This document shows, one piece after another, positions 38,801 through 51,500 of a DNA stretch of 64,000 nucleotides. The notes under the pieces were generated by a model. The model saw only the letters and a list, made by a program, of their open reading frames with translations, had not been told where the DNA came from and did not search any database. The stretch is from NCBI RefSeq assembly GCF_037042905.1, contig NC_087245.1, forward strand, positions 16,494,001 to 16,558,000, in the 5' to 3' direction. Positions within the stretch are counted from its first letter, which is position 1. Each line of letters begins with the position of its first letter. Source of the stretch: Lytechinus pictus. Its lineage: Eukaryota. The position numbers were made by a program, and so were the translations under genes.

Positions 38801-41800
38801 ACGCTACGAATCGTATTGGCATAATGTGAATAACGCTCAAATTAGTGATCTTAGGGTTTCTAACTTCAAGGAAATCGATTGACTAACGCTGCAATAAAAC
38901 GTATTGCAAGATATACATTTCAAAATTCACACCAAACATACCTGATTGTGGGGAAAATATATATCACTTATTCACTGCATTACATTATTTGAAATATTGT
39001 GTCACACATGATGGATACTACTCCGAACGTGGGAGGGGGGCGAATGTTACATCTTGTTGTTTCCCTGTAAAATTGTGGTATCTTATCTTGACGAAAACGA
39101 ACCCTAATTCATACTGAAAAAAGTGAAAATAATAAATCAACTCACGTATTTGATGACGCAAATGAAAAGAGGGGCACCGAACAGACGATCTTCATTACCC
39201 TAAACTAACTACAGAGCATTTTAGTATGGGCCCCAATGAGTCAATTCCCGATGAATCTATGGAAATTTTCTTCTTTTGCTTGTCAGGGATAGAAGGATAT
39301 AGGAAGATCAGAGTACAAAGAAACACATGCATATCGCATAATATTAATGTTATGATATGAGGCTCCAGCTATGACATGGGTAAGAGCAGCTGCCAAGGGG
39401 AGTTGGGGGTGAAAATAGAAGATTTTACGTAAGATTTATCATAATCAGTTTTCCGTTCAGTTTTTCTGATGTTTTGATTAACGTATCTTTATTTCATCGA
39501 AAATATTTCAATCTTTCTCTTTTTCAAGAAATCACTAGTGTTTCTTACAAGAAATCAATATTTTCACTCGAATTTCTCTAATATTTCAATTTTCTGCCAA
39601 AAACAAGAAGAATCGGCAGCATCGTTCACAGCATTGATATCTATAGCTAAGAATAGTGGCAACTGCAACGAAATGGAAAGTGTGCTATAATTTTCACTTA
39701 TTAATTATGCTTGCTGAAACCAAGAACTTAGAGATTGAATCCAATACAAATCGATGTGACCTTATGTGTTTTAACAGTTTTTTTCTAACATTTACAAATA
39801 TAGGACACACCAGAGCAAATGATTCTTTCTTATTCCGAATCGCATCTACGTGAAAGGGTTATAGCCAGGGATTTGACTGTAAGATTGAGAAACAGTGTAA
39901 AAGCGTAACGGAGCAGTACTCTCAAGGGACTCAGTCCTTGCAGTCATTGATCATACGATCGATCTGCCTCAAGCTAAAGGCGGACAGAACCCGTTGGCCA
40001 GTAAACTAATATCTCCTGTTTTAACACACTTAACATGTATCCTCATCAAAGCGACACACTGATCCTTATGCAGGTCAGATAGTTTCTCTCTTAACTCGCT
40101 GTCAACAAATTACCATGGAAACTGAATAATAAATTATGGGGAATTTTATATTCATTTTGTTCTGACGTACATGTATATGAAATGGGCACAGAATTGAATA
40201 GGGGGAAAGTCAACTTTTTTCACCCTCAAAGTAATTACAGGATAGGTAATCGTTTAGAGGCTTCATTGGCTTAAACCGATAGCTGATTTACCGTCTTTTT
40301 ATTTTGAACATAGCACAAAGAAATCATAAAATTTTACTTTTTAGGAGAAACGGTGTCTAATCATAGATTAATATAATTGGGGTGAACACGTGTTAAACAT
40401 TCACTGATTTTGGGGAAGGGGTTTGTAGTTGGGGGATTATTATGTCAATGATCCGATTTGAGAATTAAACAAAATAAGTTTAAAATTATTCTCCTGTGTG
40501 GTGTTTTCCTGGGGGACTGCCCCATGTTTTCATGGTTTTGATGAAATTATATTTCAAATTGAAAATCTGTGCACAATACATCGTCATACCAAAATTTATC
40601 AAATGTTGCACCTAATCTCATGTAATACCCAATGACACAACCAGTTAGCGCTTTTCTGTCATAGATAATTTCACCCCTTTTTATCCACATGGCTATCGGA
40701 AAGACACACTGGGCTATTTTTAAAAACAGGAAATTACAAATTGGAGGCAGGTAGTGACTTAGAGGCAAGATGGAATACGAGAAAGGGGGAAATAAAGTTA
40801 CTATGTCTTCCTTTACAGACTGCATCCATACGTTAAAAAGAGAACCATTTTACGAGCCGCTGAGTTGATCGGTCCATGGGCAATGTTTATAGTCAAAGTC
40901 ACATACATCTGCCATAAATCTTTGCTGACGTTTCACAACGTCAGACAGAAAATCGATGGTAACAACAAAGATGGATGTGTCTTTCTGTAAAATAACGGAA
41001 GCTATAAAATGCTATAATTGGAGTCCTGGAATGTCTTGCCAAAAAGTTTCAAAATGTTACATGGAGTCCGTAATTCTAACCATTGGTCATAGCTGATGGA
41101 GAGTGAGGAATCCGATGTGTTAGCTCCAACTTATACCTTGGTCACATTTGCTCTACGGCGGCCGTACACAGCCGTTTTATTTAATTTTAATGCAAACCAC
41201 CTATATGTAGTTGGTACAAAAATGTTAAAACGGCTGTTTTCGACTCGCCGTACGGCCGCCGTAGAGCAAATGTGACCTAGGTATTAAAGTTTCCTAAGTG
41301 CTTTGTCTGACAAAATACCAGCTATGTCTATTATTTGGCCGACATTCCTAATTGGTGTGAAATAAGGGTAAAAATGAAAGTTACTCAAAGAGATAGACAT
41401 TACTGCTGCAAAGGCCCGGCATGAAAGACAGGAATACAAAGAGTTAATGAGAAACTTGGCATGGTTTGTTGAAGGATGCACTAATGGCTAGCGTAAATCA
41501 ACCCTACGGGAAATGATGTTGGACGTGGGCTTTGCAAATTACGATGAATTTAGATCGGTCGAATTGGCTTAAAAGTCATGAACCTTCTCGAAACCGAGAT
41601 AACTCAACACTGAGCAAAGGTGATACCTTATAAGATAGTGGGGATTCTTTGAAAACAGTGGCCATACGTTCTTTCCATTCTATTCAGATATATACTAGTT
41701 GTCTCCTCGCAATTAATGACAGTACCAATCACGGGACTGTTAATGGGTTAATCCATTAATCAGGAATTGGCTCCTGGAGGACATTTGTGATTAGAGAAAT

Positions 41801-44800
41801 CTCATTTAGAATGTGCGACTTTGCGATCTACTGTAGATTTTTCAACCAATTTGGATGATAATGAGGTGTACAGTGTTTTCATAATTAACTTGGACTAGGA
41901 CAATGCAATAGCTAGTTCATAATGCTAAGTAAAATGCTTGTAAAGTGTTTTAAACCCCAAAAGGCTACCGTTAAGTAAACCTTTATTATCGTTAGAAGCT
42001 ATACCATTATAATCATGTGTTACCATGAATGAAAACCCGATATCAATTTTCGCGTTTATCTCACTCATGTTATCATGAGATTCACAAAGGCATGAAGCAC
42101 TTGTAAAATGGTGTTGATATCTTTATTCAGCCAGATGGGCGTGACGTCATATCACGTGATGCTATTTTCAGTAAGCCTGGGAGTCATCTCCTACTAACAA
42201 GCCCCTAATGTTATTATCATACTGTTAACATAATCAGTGGCCTCAATGGATACCACCCCTCCAAAGAATAAACATCAAACAACCAAGGCCTAACAGTAGA
42301 TTGTCTATTACGGAATCCCTCTTTTCACATTAATAACAGTACATAAGGTTATTATTACAGCACTCATATGGTTCCTTTGTTACTTCATACTGCTCTGTTA
42401 CATTTCTTTAAAATACATATTTTTTTCATGGTATGATGGTAATAACGCAAAAATGAAGTTTCATATAGAAGTTGCCTCGTTCACACAATAAAAAAAACCC
42501 CATTCATGTAGCCTTTTTTAACAACGTTCCATGTTTTAAGCCGGATAACTATAGTGTGAACGAAGTCTTGGGTATAATGTTTCAGATGTGTCGAGGGGTT
42601 ATGTACTTATAACTATAGTGTGAACCGGACAGTACCGGATAACTATAGTGTGAACGAAGTCTTTGGTATGTTTCAGATGTGTCAAGAGGTTCTGTCCTTG
42701 TAAACACTATAACCGGAACGTAGTGGGTATCTCGACCTAGAACGATTGATGGTGATAGACACACGTGCCATCACCAGCTCATCAATAATGCTTCTTCTAT
42801 CTATAATATACCAATCTAATCAAACTTTAAGAAGATGCCAGACGCGACCGCCTTGGTCAGGAGGTAAAACGAAAGGAAATACCAACTCGGTCTCAGGAAT
42901 ATTCATAAGACGAGACAGGTTCATGATAACAACATGAAGATTGTGTTCATGAACTAAAAACAACTTGTGCATATCCCCATTACTGCAGGAATAACTCTTA
43001 ACGTATCAGAGAAATCAAATTGAACAAAACTAATGTGTAAGGTCAGTGATAACGTGGCATTTGACGACTTTGACATAAGGACTGAAAGGATGGGGTGCAT
43101 GATCCTTAAAGACGACCCTTCTTTTAAATCCCTGTGCCTTTTAGACATATAGTTCTTAAAAAAAAGGAAAAAAAAAAGACCGGTTATGAACAGAAAACTA
43201 TCTGACCCTTCTAAGGGTATACTTTGATTTAACTTTTATCGTGTTTTCCTAATTGTATCTTTGTGTGAATTTTGGTCCATAAGTCAAATAATTTTCCAAT
43301 GTTATAGTTTACAAATAGAAACTACATGTAACTATCATTTTTGTGCTCCTCCCCTGGACTGTAACTCCACCCTCATCAGACATGCTCCTGGTGAATCCTA
43401 CGATTTGGAATCATATCAGATCCAATTAAACAGTCTTGAAGACATTAATTCCCACGTGATACTTTGACACCCTCAAACGAGGTCATGCATTTGACGGCAA
43501 CGGCACGATCCACAGACGTTTGTGTGCCAAATTTAACAACACGGTCAAGTATCAGATTCATGCGGGCTGACCACTTGTTAAGGAGTTGTTTTATTCTTAT
43601 TCTTTGCTTTGGCTTTATACAAACGCCAACTCATGGGTCTATGACTGTTCAGCCATGCTTCAAAGTCCATGGCCGAATCAATGTCAACCAGGAATAGTTT
43701 TGGAGAAAAAAACATAAATGGGGTTCCACGATATCCAGATATCAGGGTGGATTTAAACTGGGGAGGGGGGGGGGGGGGTAAGAGTAATGGTTCGTGAGGG
43801 TCTGAGTAGTAAATGAGCCTAGCTAGGATAGGTTGGAAATAGGTCATTAATATAGGCCTATTATGTACGTTTTCACTCCCCCCCCCCCTGCACTTGAGAG
43901 GGGGGGGGGGTATGGTAGCTTAGCCTACACCAATAAATACAACTGTGACCATGTTAATGGTGATAAACCCATGTTACTGTTGATTTATGGGGATGATCTC
44001 TCATGTTGACATTATAATGAGATCATCAATCTTCCGTTGGGTTTTAAAAGATATATCTGTCTCACATTATCTCTCTCTCTCATTTATCAAAATCGGAGTG
44101 AAAATATTGCAAAAGCAAGGGAGTTCCATCTTTCAGGCCAAATGGATGGTCAAGCCATATTTACAATTTCGAATATTCCATGTAGGCCTACAACAAAGAA
44201 ATATCAAACTTCCGTCTGCTGACGGAAAATGTCTTTAATTCGATGATGATGGGGTTACTCACTGAGGTTACAAACTTCCTGGGAAGTGACCCTTTTGAAA
44301 TCCTAAGCATGGCCCCATGCATGCCCTTGAACTTCTCATTTTTCGTGTATACTAAATCATAAACAAATATGACGACATTCTAAGTGAACTATCATAGCTG
44401 ATTTCTGTTAAGGTGAACAGCAGCCGGTGCTTTATCGGAGAAAAAAAAATAGTACAAAATGTTCTTGGAAGTTTTTCCCGGATAAAGGCGATGGCAATTC
44501 AAAAAGAAAAGAAAATTAAACTTTCGTTCGCTCATTCAACGATTTTATGGATTGACTAAGACACTCCAAAAGTACACTGGCACAGATTGGCGAGTATTCG
44601 AAAATTTCGATTGATTATCTTGCAATAATTCTATATGTACGTGGTGAAAGTAGTCCATCAAAATGTGAGAGAATGGATAAAATACAAGCTCTGGTCTGGA
44701 CATATCATACGTTAACTTGTCCAACGATAAGTGATATGTCTTTACTCATAATCTCAATATTTGGACGTTGATATTCTATGCAAAAACCTTTATAATACTG

Positions 44801-47800
44801 CCCATACTGCCAATAGAAGAGTTTGGCGAATCTATTAAAAAAGAGATATACTTATATAGTCATCGGAAAACATTCAAAATTGATTTGGCTTATCAAAGAC
44901 ATCAAGAAACGCAGAGATCTTCCCTATATAACTCCAGAGGATTGCGGTACTAAAGAGTTAGTAATTTCACATAATAGTAAATTCTAAAATCGCTTCATTG
45001 GGAAGGAAGTCCACCCTTTTGTCCAGTTGGTCTCAATAAAAGTATAACATGAATATTAATGTTTTGAAACACAAAAAAACTTAAATATAACATAAAGATG
45101 AATTTCCATTTTTTGTGATGTCACATGATATACGAGCAGATATATGCTTGTCATGTAAATTCCATCAATTTACATCATTTAATGGTTATTAATGAATGGA
45201 TATTTTTTCTCTTGGAAAAATAACCCCATGTGTAAATAATAATGTATGGTGAACATCGACTGCACTCGTAAGATCATCAATGTCAACTTTCTGAGAAAAA
45301 TGTTAATTTATTGAATTAATATTCCATAACTGGGGTACTGGTTGCATGCGGCATCCCCCCCAAAAAAAAATACTTTGGAATTCAATTGTAGATTTTCGCC
45401 AAATAATTACAATGTTTCGCTCATTTTATCTGTTTTAATAAAGTTAAATTGACGTCACATTGGACGTCCCTTTAAGTCAAGAAATATCCGAGATCCGATT
45501 GTGGTGAGCGTGCCAAAATTGAATAAAGGCCAGAGGGGCCCCCCATATTACCCTTTTAGTGCAATGTTCATGATGATTTAATTTGAATAATAATCTCCGA
45601 GTATAGACATGAACCCTATTTGGTATTTCGAAATCTGCCACTTGCTCAGAATTGTGACGTCATCAGAAAATCACGATCTTGGACACTGACCAATTTTCCA
45701 GATTAAAGATCTAAAAACACGCACAACCTATTAGTCTGCTAATTATTTAAAGAATCATTTGGCATCATTTTGGCAGATCAAACATGAATCTGGCGAGGAA
45801 CCCACATAAGCCAATATATCCTATCCCTCCATTTCACCTTTTTGTCAAAAATTGTGACGAAGGGTGATCTTGGGGTACATTCTTTCTTTTATGTCTTATA
45901 TAAATAATCTGCTGATTACCACAACTGTCATCTCAGTCTAAGATTGCAAAGTATTACGAACAGCTTATGAAACTCATTTCAAACTTCTTCTCAAAATTAA
46001 TATGAAAGAGACTAAACTAGACACTGGTCACCAATGATGGCCCTCCTATCAGAATAACATAATGATGGGCTAGGTCACTTGGGTGAAATATGTGGAACAA
46101 ATAACATTCATCATGATCATACATCATAAACTCTGGATAATATTCACCATCCATGTATAATACAATTTATAGCACACGGCTGGTGTTTTGTGTGCGCTCA
46201 TTCTGTTCGAATTTTGCATGATGATTTTTCACAGTATCAAACAGGCGGCCTCGCCCAATAATGATTGACTCATAACCTCTTCCTGTAGACACAAATTGAA
46301 GATTCCTCCTCACTACCGCTCCCCTTAACCCTCTAACCATTACAAGCAAAAAGAAAAAAAATCAAATCTTGTTCTTTGCAAACATTGACTCTCAGCTCGG
46401 TTATCTAACATACCAGTCTCACTCATGGAGTTGGAGGACATGGAGTAGTACCACATCCAATTTATTATTACATTTAAAACAATTCTACTGTCTTAAAACG
46501 ACAACAACAACAAAGCAAAGGTATTTTGGGGATATCAAACGAAATTATTAAAATATATACCCTATTCTGACTTCCTCACATTTAACAAAATTTTCAGTTA
46601 ACATACGCTTGCAATTTACATGCATTTCCCAAATCCAATACCCCATCTTACTTTTTCCTATAGGCCTTCTTACAAACACCTGTTTCTAATAATAATGGTT
46701 ATGAGGACAATCTTATTAAAATACGTGTCATAATATGGGATTTTTTATAAGATTATATTAAAACAAAATATATTAGTGTGCATTTTTTTACAGATTCGCC
46801 CATATAGGGTTCTGACAAGTTGCGAAAACCCCTTTCTGTTAGAACCGATCTTTAACCTTCAGTACACAAAGACAGAGGAAGTGACACGTTGGTTTTAATG
46901 ATGCCAGAAAGAACAAAAAGGAATTAGCAAATTATTGAACGACATAATTATGGGAATGATTCCGAAAGTGACGTATTTCGGAAAAATGGGGGGGGGGGCA
47001 AGCGTTCCATCTAGCTTATTTGGTTGTGTTATACTTTGCCTTTCTAAAAGTGGCTACAGGCACATCCCCTTACCCCCGTCCGTAATATACCCCCTCCCAC
47101 ACACACACACGCACGCACACACCAACGAATGCAAATGACAGGATGAATCTATGAAAGTCGACAAAATGCTTGTTGTCAATGCAGAAGTTACGTAAACTGT
47201 TGGGGTCATAACAGTCACTGTGTCGTCACTGCATGGTAAACTTCAATGGACATCCTAGCCGAGGTGTTACCGATGTTCTGTTGATTAATACGATGATTAC
47301 ACCATAGAGAAACAATTAATGGTCAATTAATTGCAATGCGACCTAAATTGTAAGGATAATCCGAAATCTCCTAGTTATGAACCCTCCCCGTTAGAGTAAT
47401 AACTTGTTTAGAAATCTGCTACGTTTCCATGATTTGTAAAATTAATTCCCGATAATTGCGATATTGATTTGTTCGAAATCTTGACTTTCCTATACCCTCT
47501 TCGAGTTTTATATGCCACTACCATGAATAATGTCTAATATCCGAACACCATGTAAGAAACCAGTTTGCACTTGACGATGGTGGGCATTTGATCTTGGCTG
47601 GTGATGTTGACAGAAAGTTCCAATAGAAACAGCAATCAGGAGAGAATTAGGAAAGAATTACAACTAACCGATCGAACGTCAATCATCGTCATCATCTGAG
47701 CCCTTTCACTGAAAAATCTATTCATCGATAAATAAGGGGTAGGAGAAAGTTTCTGGCTTTGGGGAGGGTAAAGCTAACCCCCGGTGGACCACACGCCGGT

Positions 47801-50800
47801 GAGCATGGACGTTATATGATACACTTCGCATTAAAATTCGTATTTTTTCGAGAAACAGTCATAATGTCGCCCAAGGGTATGCCCAGCTTTGACCTTGACT
47901 TGAGATCATATTTGGAAGAAAAACAATCGAGGAGTCAGAAATATTGAGAAGAGAGAGATGGGGAGAGAAAGTAAGGAGCAGAAACAGAGGGAGAGAAAGA
48001 AGACAGAGAGGGAAGGGTGAGTAGATGAAGACGGGTGGACAAGTGGGGGAGAGCAGATGAGGCCCTTCATTGGTGTATCAAAAAAGAGAAAGCATCATCG
48101 CAAAAGAATTGAAAGAATGCGGAATGTTTATGAAATAAATCGGACAGAGGAATTGGGAAGTCAGGCAAAAATGAGTCAAATACTTTATGACGGTAAGAAA
48201 ATTTGTTAAAGTACGAATGTTACCACGCGATACGTGACCTTTTCAACGGCGAGCTTCAGGTATTGCTTAGGGTCTATGGAAAGATAAAACGCAATTCCCA
48301 CGATAAACATGAACAACTCGGGGCAATTCTATCACTTTTTCCAATCACCCTACAAAATAATTCGGTTATATTGCTGGTCAAAGTTTATTCAAGATTCATA
48401 GCACCCAAGGGGGATGTTGCCCATATGGACAGTGCAATCACCCTTGTACAGCCAGAGTGATTTTGAATCTTCCATCTTTATCAGTGCGTTATCCGAAAAT
48501 AAATTATTTCTTCTTGGTGGTAATGAATATAATATTATTATTACCAATGAATCCCCCCAAAATATATAAATATATAAATTTAAAAAAATTATAAAAAATT
48601 AAATGATAAAAAATAAAACAATAACGAGAAAGCGCAGCAAATATCTTTTGATATCGAACACCAAAGATATCGTTGCATGTTATTTCAGCAAAATACGTCA
48701 GTCACAAACGGATAATAACTCAGTGCACGCCCTCTTTTACATCCAAGGTCTTTCCCAATATATAAGTAATAGTCACGTGATGTTTTATATCACCTTCACC
48801 TGACATCACAAAGCGCGCGCGAGGTAGATATTCCCCCTCCCTCATCGTGCCAACATTCACTGTCATCAATCATCTCCTGAAATATTTCGTTTATTGCCCA
48901 CTCCCCCCCCCCCCTCCCTACGTTAAACCTTCAAACGACCTCCACTCGTCCCCTATCATATTATAACTTAATCAGGGTATATTTTGTGATATTTACCGCA
49001 ACCTTCTGCGTGTAATGACATTAATGATACCATTCCATCTCGACTCTATTTCATTTCCGGTGAAACACAACGCCAATTTAAACACGGTGTCAACTGGAAG
49101 CAACTTTCGTCATCTTTTACCTCGAGTATTCTTTTAGTAAGATATTTAGTGCGATAATTTTATCTTGATGATTGATTTGGGTCTGTTCGTATCAGGCTGA
49201 CACGACGGATATGGGTAATTAATTTACAATATCTTGGTTATTTACAGCCCAAATTTGGCTTAGTCTCGATGCAAGCTCATTATGTCAAAGTATTTCTACC
49301 AAGCAAGCCATCAAAACAATAGTGTGGACCTAAACAATATGGTGAAATAGAGAAACAATAGAATTGACTCATCTGCGCATGCACAGAACAAATCCTGGGG
49401 GTACAACTGTCGAAAAATGCAAACATCCCAAAAATATGCGGAATCACTTCACAAACACGATGTAATGTAGAATGGATATTATGAGATTTGTCTTGATCAT
49501 CTTCAGGGCAACATTAAGTTTTGTGACAAAATGAATGATAAACACAGCGAGCGTTAAAATTTTTTGATGGTGAACACTGGTGCTGGTGCACAAAATGGTC
49601 TAAATCTTGAAAAAAAATGAAATTTTGCGAAATTGTGATTTCGTCTGTTCATATCTTTGCTTTAAACTGTCATGAAAAAACGCCCAATACAAACTGGATT
49701 AAGGTCAATCGTAAATTCATACTGACTCAACAAACTCTATCACAATCAAAACACTTTGATCTATTCACCAGATAGACTATGCTGTGTGGGCCGATAGGGA
49801 CCTCGCTCATTGGACAGATGCGGTGAAAAATGTCTTGATATTTAATCGAAAATGATGCTGGTTGCAGATGGAATGGTCTGTCGGTGAGGCAGATCATGAG
49901 TTTTCCATTCCTGTTTGATTCCATTTCTACACGCAAAATAGGCATCGTCACCATCTAATGAGGATAAACGTTTAGGATTGCTATCCCGGAAACCCGCTGG
50001 GATACTTCCAACATCCTTTCGTGTATAGAAGGAAAGCAAACGGGTAAAATAACCAGTCCACGGCAAAAAAAAGATAATGTGTGAAATTCAGCTCGCAGCA
50101 AGAAGGGGTATCAATAAAAATAAAGTGTTATTAAGTATGAGTAAAATAAGATAAGGAAAGTTAACAAGGGGAAACGCGGGAAAAGGGGCTGAGGGGGGGG
50201 GGGACCCCGGGGGGACCCGAGGGTGTTTTTGTCCGCGTAAGGTTCAAGAGCAGGAACGGAATCCTCAAGGGAGTTTAATAGGTGGACAGATATATATTTT
50301 TAAAGATAGATAGATAGGCATTATATATCTATCTAACTGGATTGATGAGTGAAACGGTAGTTAAATTTCGGATATCCAGATGAAAATAACCAGATAAATA
50401 GATAATTAGATAGATAGTAAGATAGATGAATAAAGATAGATGGATAGATAGATATACAATAGATATTAGACAGATAGATAGATAGACAGACAGACCCCAG
50501 ACAGACAGACAGACAGATAGATAGACAGATAGATAGATAGATAGATAGGATAGGACTGAGGCTTGCAATATCGCAATGTCAGGAAAGCTAAGGTGGAGAC
50601 GGAAAGAGGTATGGTGAGACCTGGGGTAAAGAATCGGAGTAATAACTTAAAAATGTAAATATATTTAGGTGTGTGTGAATTTTTTTTCTCACTAGAATAC
50701 CTATGTAAACATCGCCAAATCTGCATTGATGTCTAATTCAATATACTTCAGTACATTAAGCGAAATATTAATTATTCAAATAAAATATCACGAGTACAAA

Positions 50801-51074
50801 AAGAAGCTATGAAGGCTAAAACCTCGATGGGGGTCCATGTTTATTTTATAAGTTTGCTACTTAAAATTCAGTCGTTCTCTCGTGAATTCGTGGAGCAATA
50901 CGGAAGAAGATAATGGCGAATGTCCCAGAATCCACTTATCTCTCACGAGAACAAGTGAAACTTTTTTAAAACCCCTTCCACAAACTTACCTTGCCCCGGC
51001 CGCGCCGGTTGTGCTTGAGATAGCGTAGTTAACATAGCACAAAGTACTATAGTGAGATAAAATACCCCTTCCAT
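26017..51074 (-). CDS. Gene 2: IgGFc-binding protein (FCGBP N-terminal domain)-like type I membrane protein, probable P58 family. complement(join(26017..26113,26591..26695,30975..31132,31505..32451,32682..32857,50990..51074)), 3'-partial
   Basis: Six GT-AG exons with consistent phases (1,0,2,1,1,2) give 522 codons: signal peptide, domain (DAFLAIPTHGLGEEY, DLTGTRITSTKPISVMSG, CDHLVEHLPP, GDPFMTLIPPVEQY), Pro-rich stalk and TM. Paralogous to gene 1. Confidence 0.85.
26591..26695 (-). CDS. Gene 2 exon 5: short Pro/Gly stalk
   Basis: tgtttag|GC CCA GAA ... PEAEFECPDSHRRPRPTAPVVPVGPGSGGELGQE G|gtaaag. Confidence 0.82.
26758..26855. repeat. (TA)n microsatellite
   Basis: Visible dinucleotide run. 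Confidence 0.95.
27484..27725. mobile_element. Palindromic CACTG-ended MITE with AACACCA subrepeats, 2-bp TSD (TG)
   Basis: TG|CACTGCAAAAACTCTGGTGTTGATTTAACACC ... GGTGTTAAATCAACACCGGAGTTTTTGCAGTG|TG. Confidence 0.85.
29362..29375. promoter_or_regulatory. RFX X-box consensus match
   Basis: GTTGCCATGGTAAC matches the palindromic X-box. Function unknown. Confidence 0.35.
30975..31132 (-). CDS. Gene 2 exon 4
   Basis: ttatccag|G ACC ATT ... TIPLDNIRNILTNYEKDVHYMAIVYGFASGTSFGYPAAYQLRQITCTRPGRQ G|gtaagt. Confidence 0.85.
31505..32451 (-). CDS. Gene 2 exon 3: main IgGFc-binding N-terminal domain
   Basis: tattggcag|GTA AGG CAA GTG, in frame with ORF 31501-32442. Donor TC|gtaagt. Confidence 0.9.
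32682..32857 (-). CDS. Gene 2 exon 2: start of domain
   Basis: tttcatcag|CT CCT CTT GAC (APLDTTGKEFVFAFQSNF...VQIQHKQ)|gtaacc. Matches gene 1 PDTRGTKFMFAVPSNF. Confidence 0.88.
34387..34580. mobile_element. CACTC-ended palindromic MITE, 'GTTGGGCAAC' family, copy 2
   Basis: TA|CACTCTTGAAATGTTGGGCAACATAC...GTATGTTGCCCAACATTTTTAGGAGTG|TA. Confidence 0.85.
37168..37358. mobile_element. CACTC-ended palindromic MITE, copy 3 (terminal GAGTG missing on the right)
   Basis: Arms of nearly 80 bp that read as perfect inverted repeats, with the same central spacer as copy 2. Confidence 0.85.
41134..41283. mobile_element. PIF/Harbinger-type MITE, 3-bp TTA TSD
   Basis: TTA|TACCTTGGTCACATTTGCTCTACGGCGGCCGTAC ... 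GTACGGCCGCCGTAGAGCAAATGTGACCTAGGTA|TTA. Confidence 0.8.
42540..42700. repeat. Short tandem duplication (~95-bp unit x2; ATAACTATAGTGTGAAC x3)
   Basis: CCGGATAACTATAGTGTGAACGAAGTCTT...GTTTCAGATGTGTC is repeated. Confidence 0.8.
42720..43100 (-). mobile_element. Possible heavily decayed CR1/L2-type LINE endonuclease fragment
   Basis: Frameshifted motif remnants resembling GGGV-x-I-F-L-K, IE-x-L-x-IE and G-x-VY-x-P, in the expected order. Confidence 0.25.
45001..45475. mobile_element. Degenerate TTAA/Kolobok-like MITE
   Basis: Begins AAGGAAGTCCACCC (cf. inverted GGGTGGACTTGTCC at 126 and 445) and ends GGACGTCCCTTTAA. Confidence 0.4.
50300..50552. repeat. (AGAT)n/(AGAC)n microsatellite
   Basis: Visible tetranucleotide runs. 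Confidence 0.9.
50990..51074 (-). CDS. Gene 2 exon 1: signal peptide MEGVFYLTIVLCAMLTTLSQAQPARPGQ
   Basis: caagATGG Kozak-like context, hydrophobic core and SQA cleavage motif. Donor G|gtaagt in phase 1 matches exon 2 (G+CT = Ala). Too short for the ORF track. Confidence 0.8.
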
Positions 51075-51149
51075 CTTGCAATCCTAGGTATCCTTAACGG
51101 TAAAACAAAAATGTTCCGCAGAAAACATAAAACAAAAAATAATTGAGAT

Positions 51150-51500
51150 GAAAATCGCCGGCTTGACTGCACAGAGTGGTCGTCGAAGCTAGGAATGTAT
51201 GCTTTCTTCTGTACACACACTTCCGTCGAAAAGATCGCCTGCTACAATTTTTTGTTACCCCCTCACCGCTGCTGGATAGCTGCGAGAAACACCAAGCTAA
51301 TCAGCTCCGCATGTGAATCACCGGCGTATGACGACATCTGACCCGGGTCATTAGCATATCATCAACACTGCATGGGCCAATCCGCGTCGAGTAAAAAAAG
51401 TTTCCCGAGTTGTGATTGGACGAAGTATCACATCAATCATTCGGTAAATGAATCATAAAGGCATGTTAAGGGGCGTGGTCTTAGGATCAAGAGGAAGTTG
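51150..51500 (-). promoter_or_regulatory. Probable promoter/5' UTR of gene 2
   Basis: CpG-enriched. CCAAT at 51377, ATTGG at 51415, GC/KLF box GGGGCGTGG at ~51470, Ets-like GAGGAAGT at 51491, octamer-like ATTAGCAT at 51350. Confidence 0.55.

Noticed and set aside
39146..39195. Minus-strand MKIVCSVPLFSFASSN..|GTGAG as an alternative first exon of gene 2
   Set aside because: The donor is in phase 2, incompatible with the phase-1 acceptor of exon 2.
43755..50225. Poly-G tracts as functional G-quadruplexes (43759, 43898, 50191)
   Set aside because: G/C homopolymer runs are common throughout this window and often belong to MITEs; nothing specific supports function.
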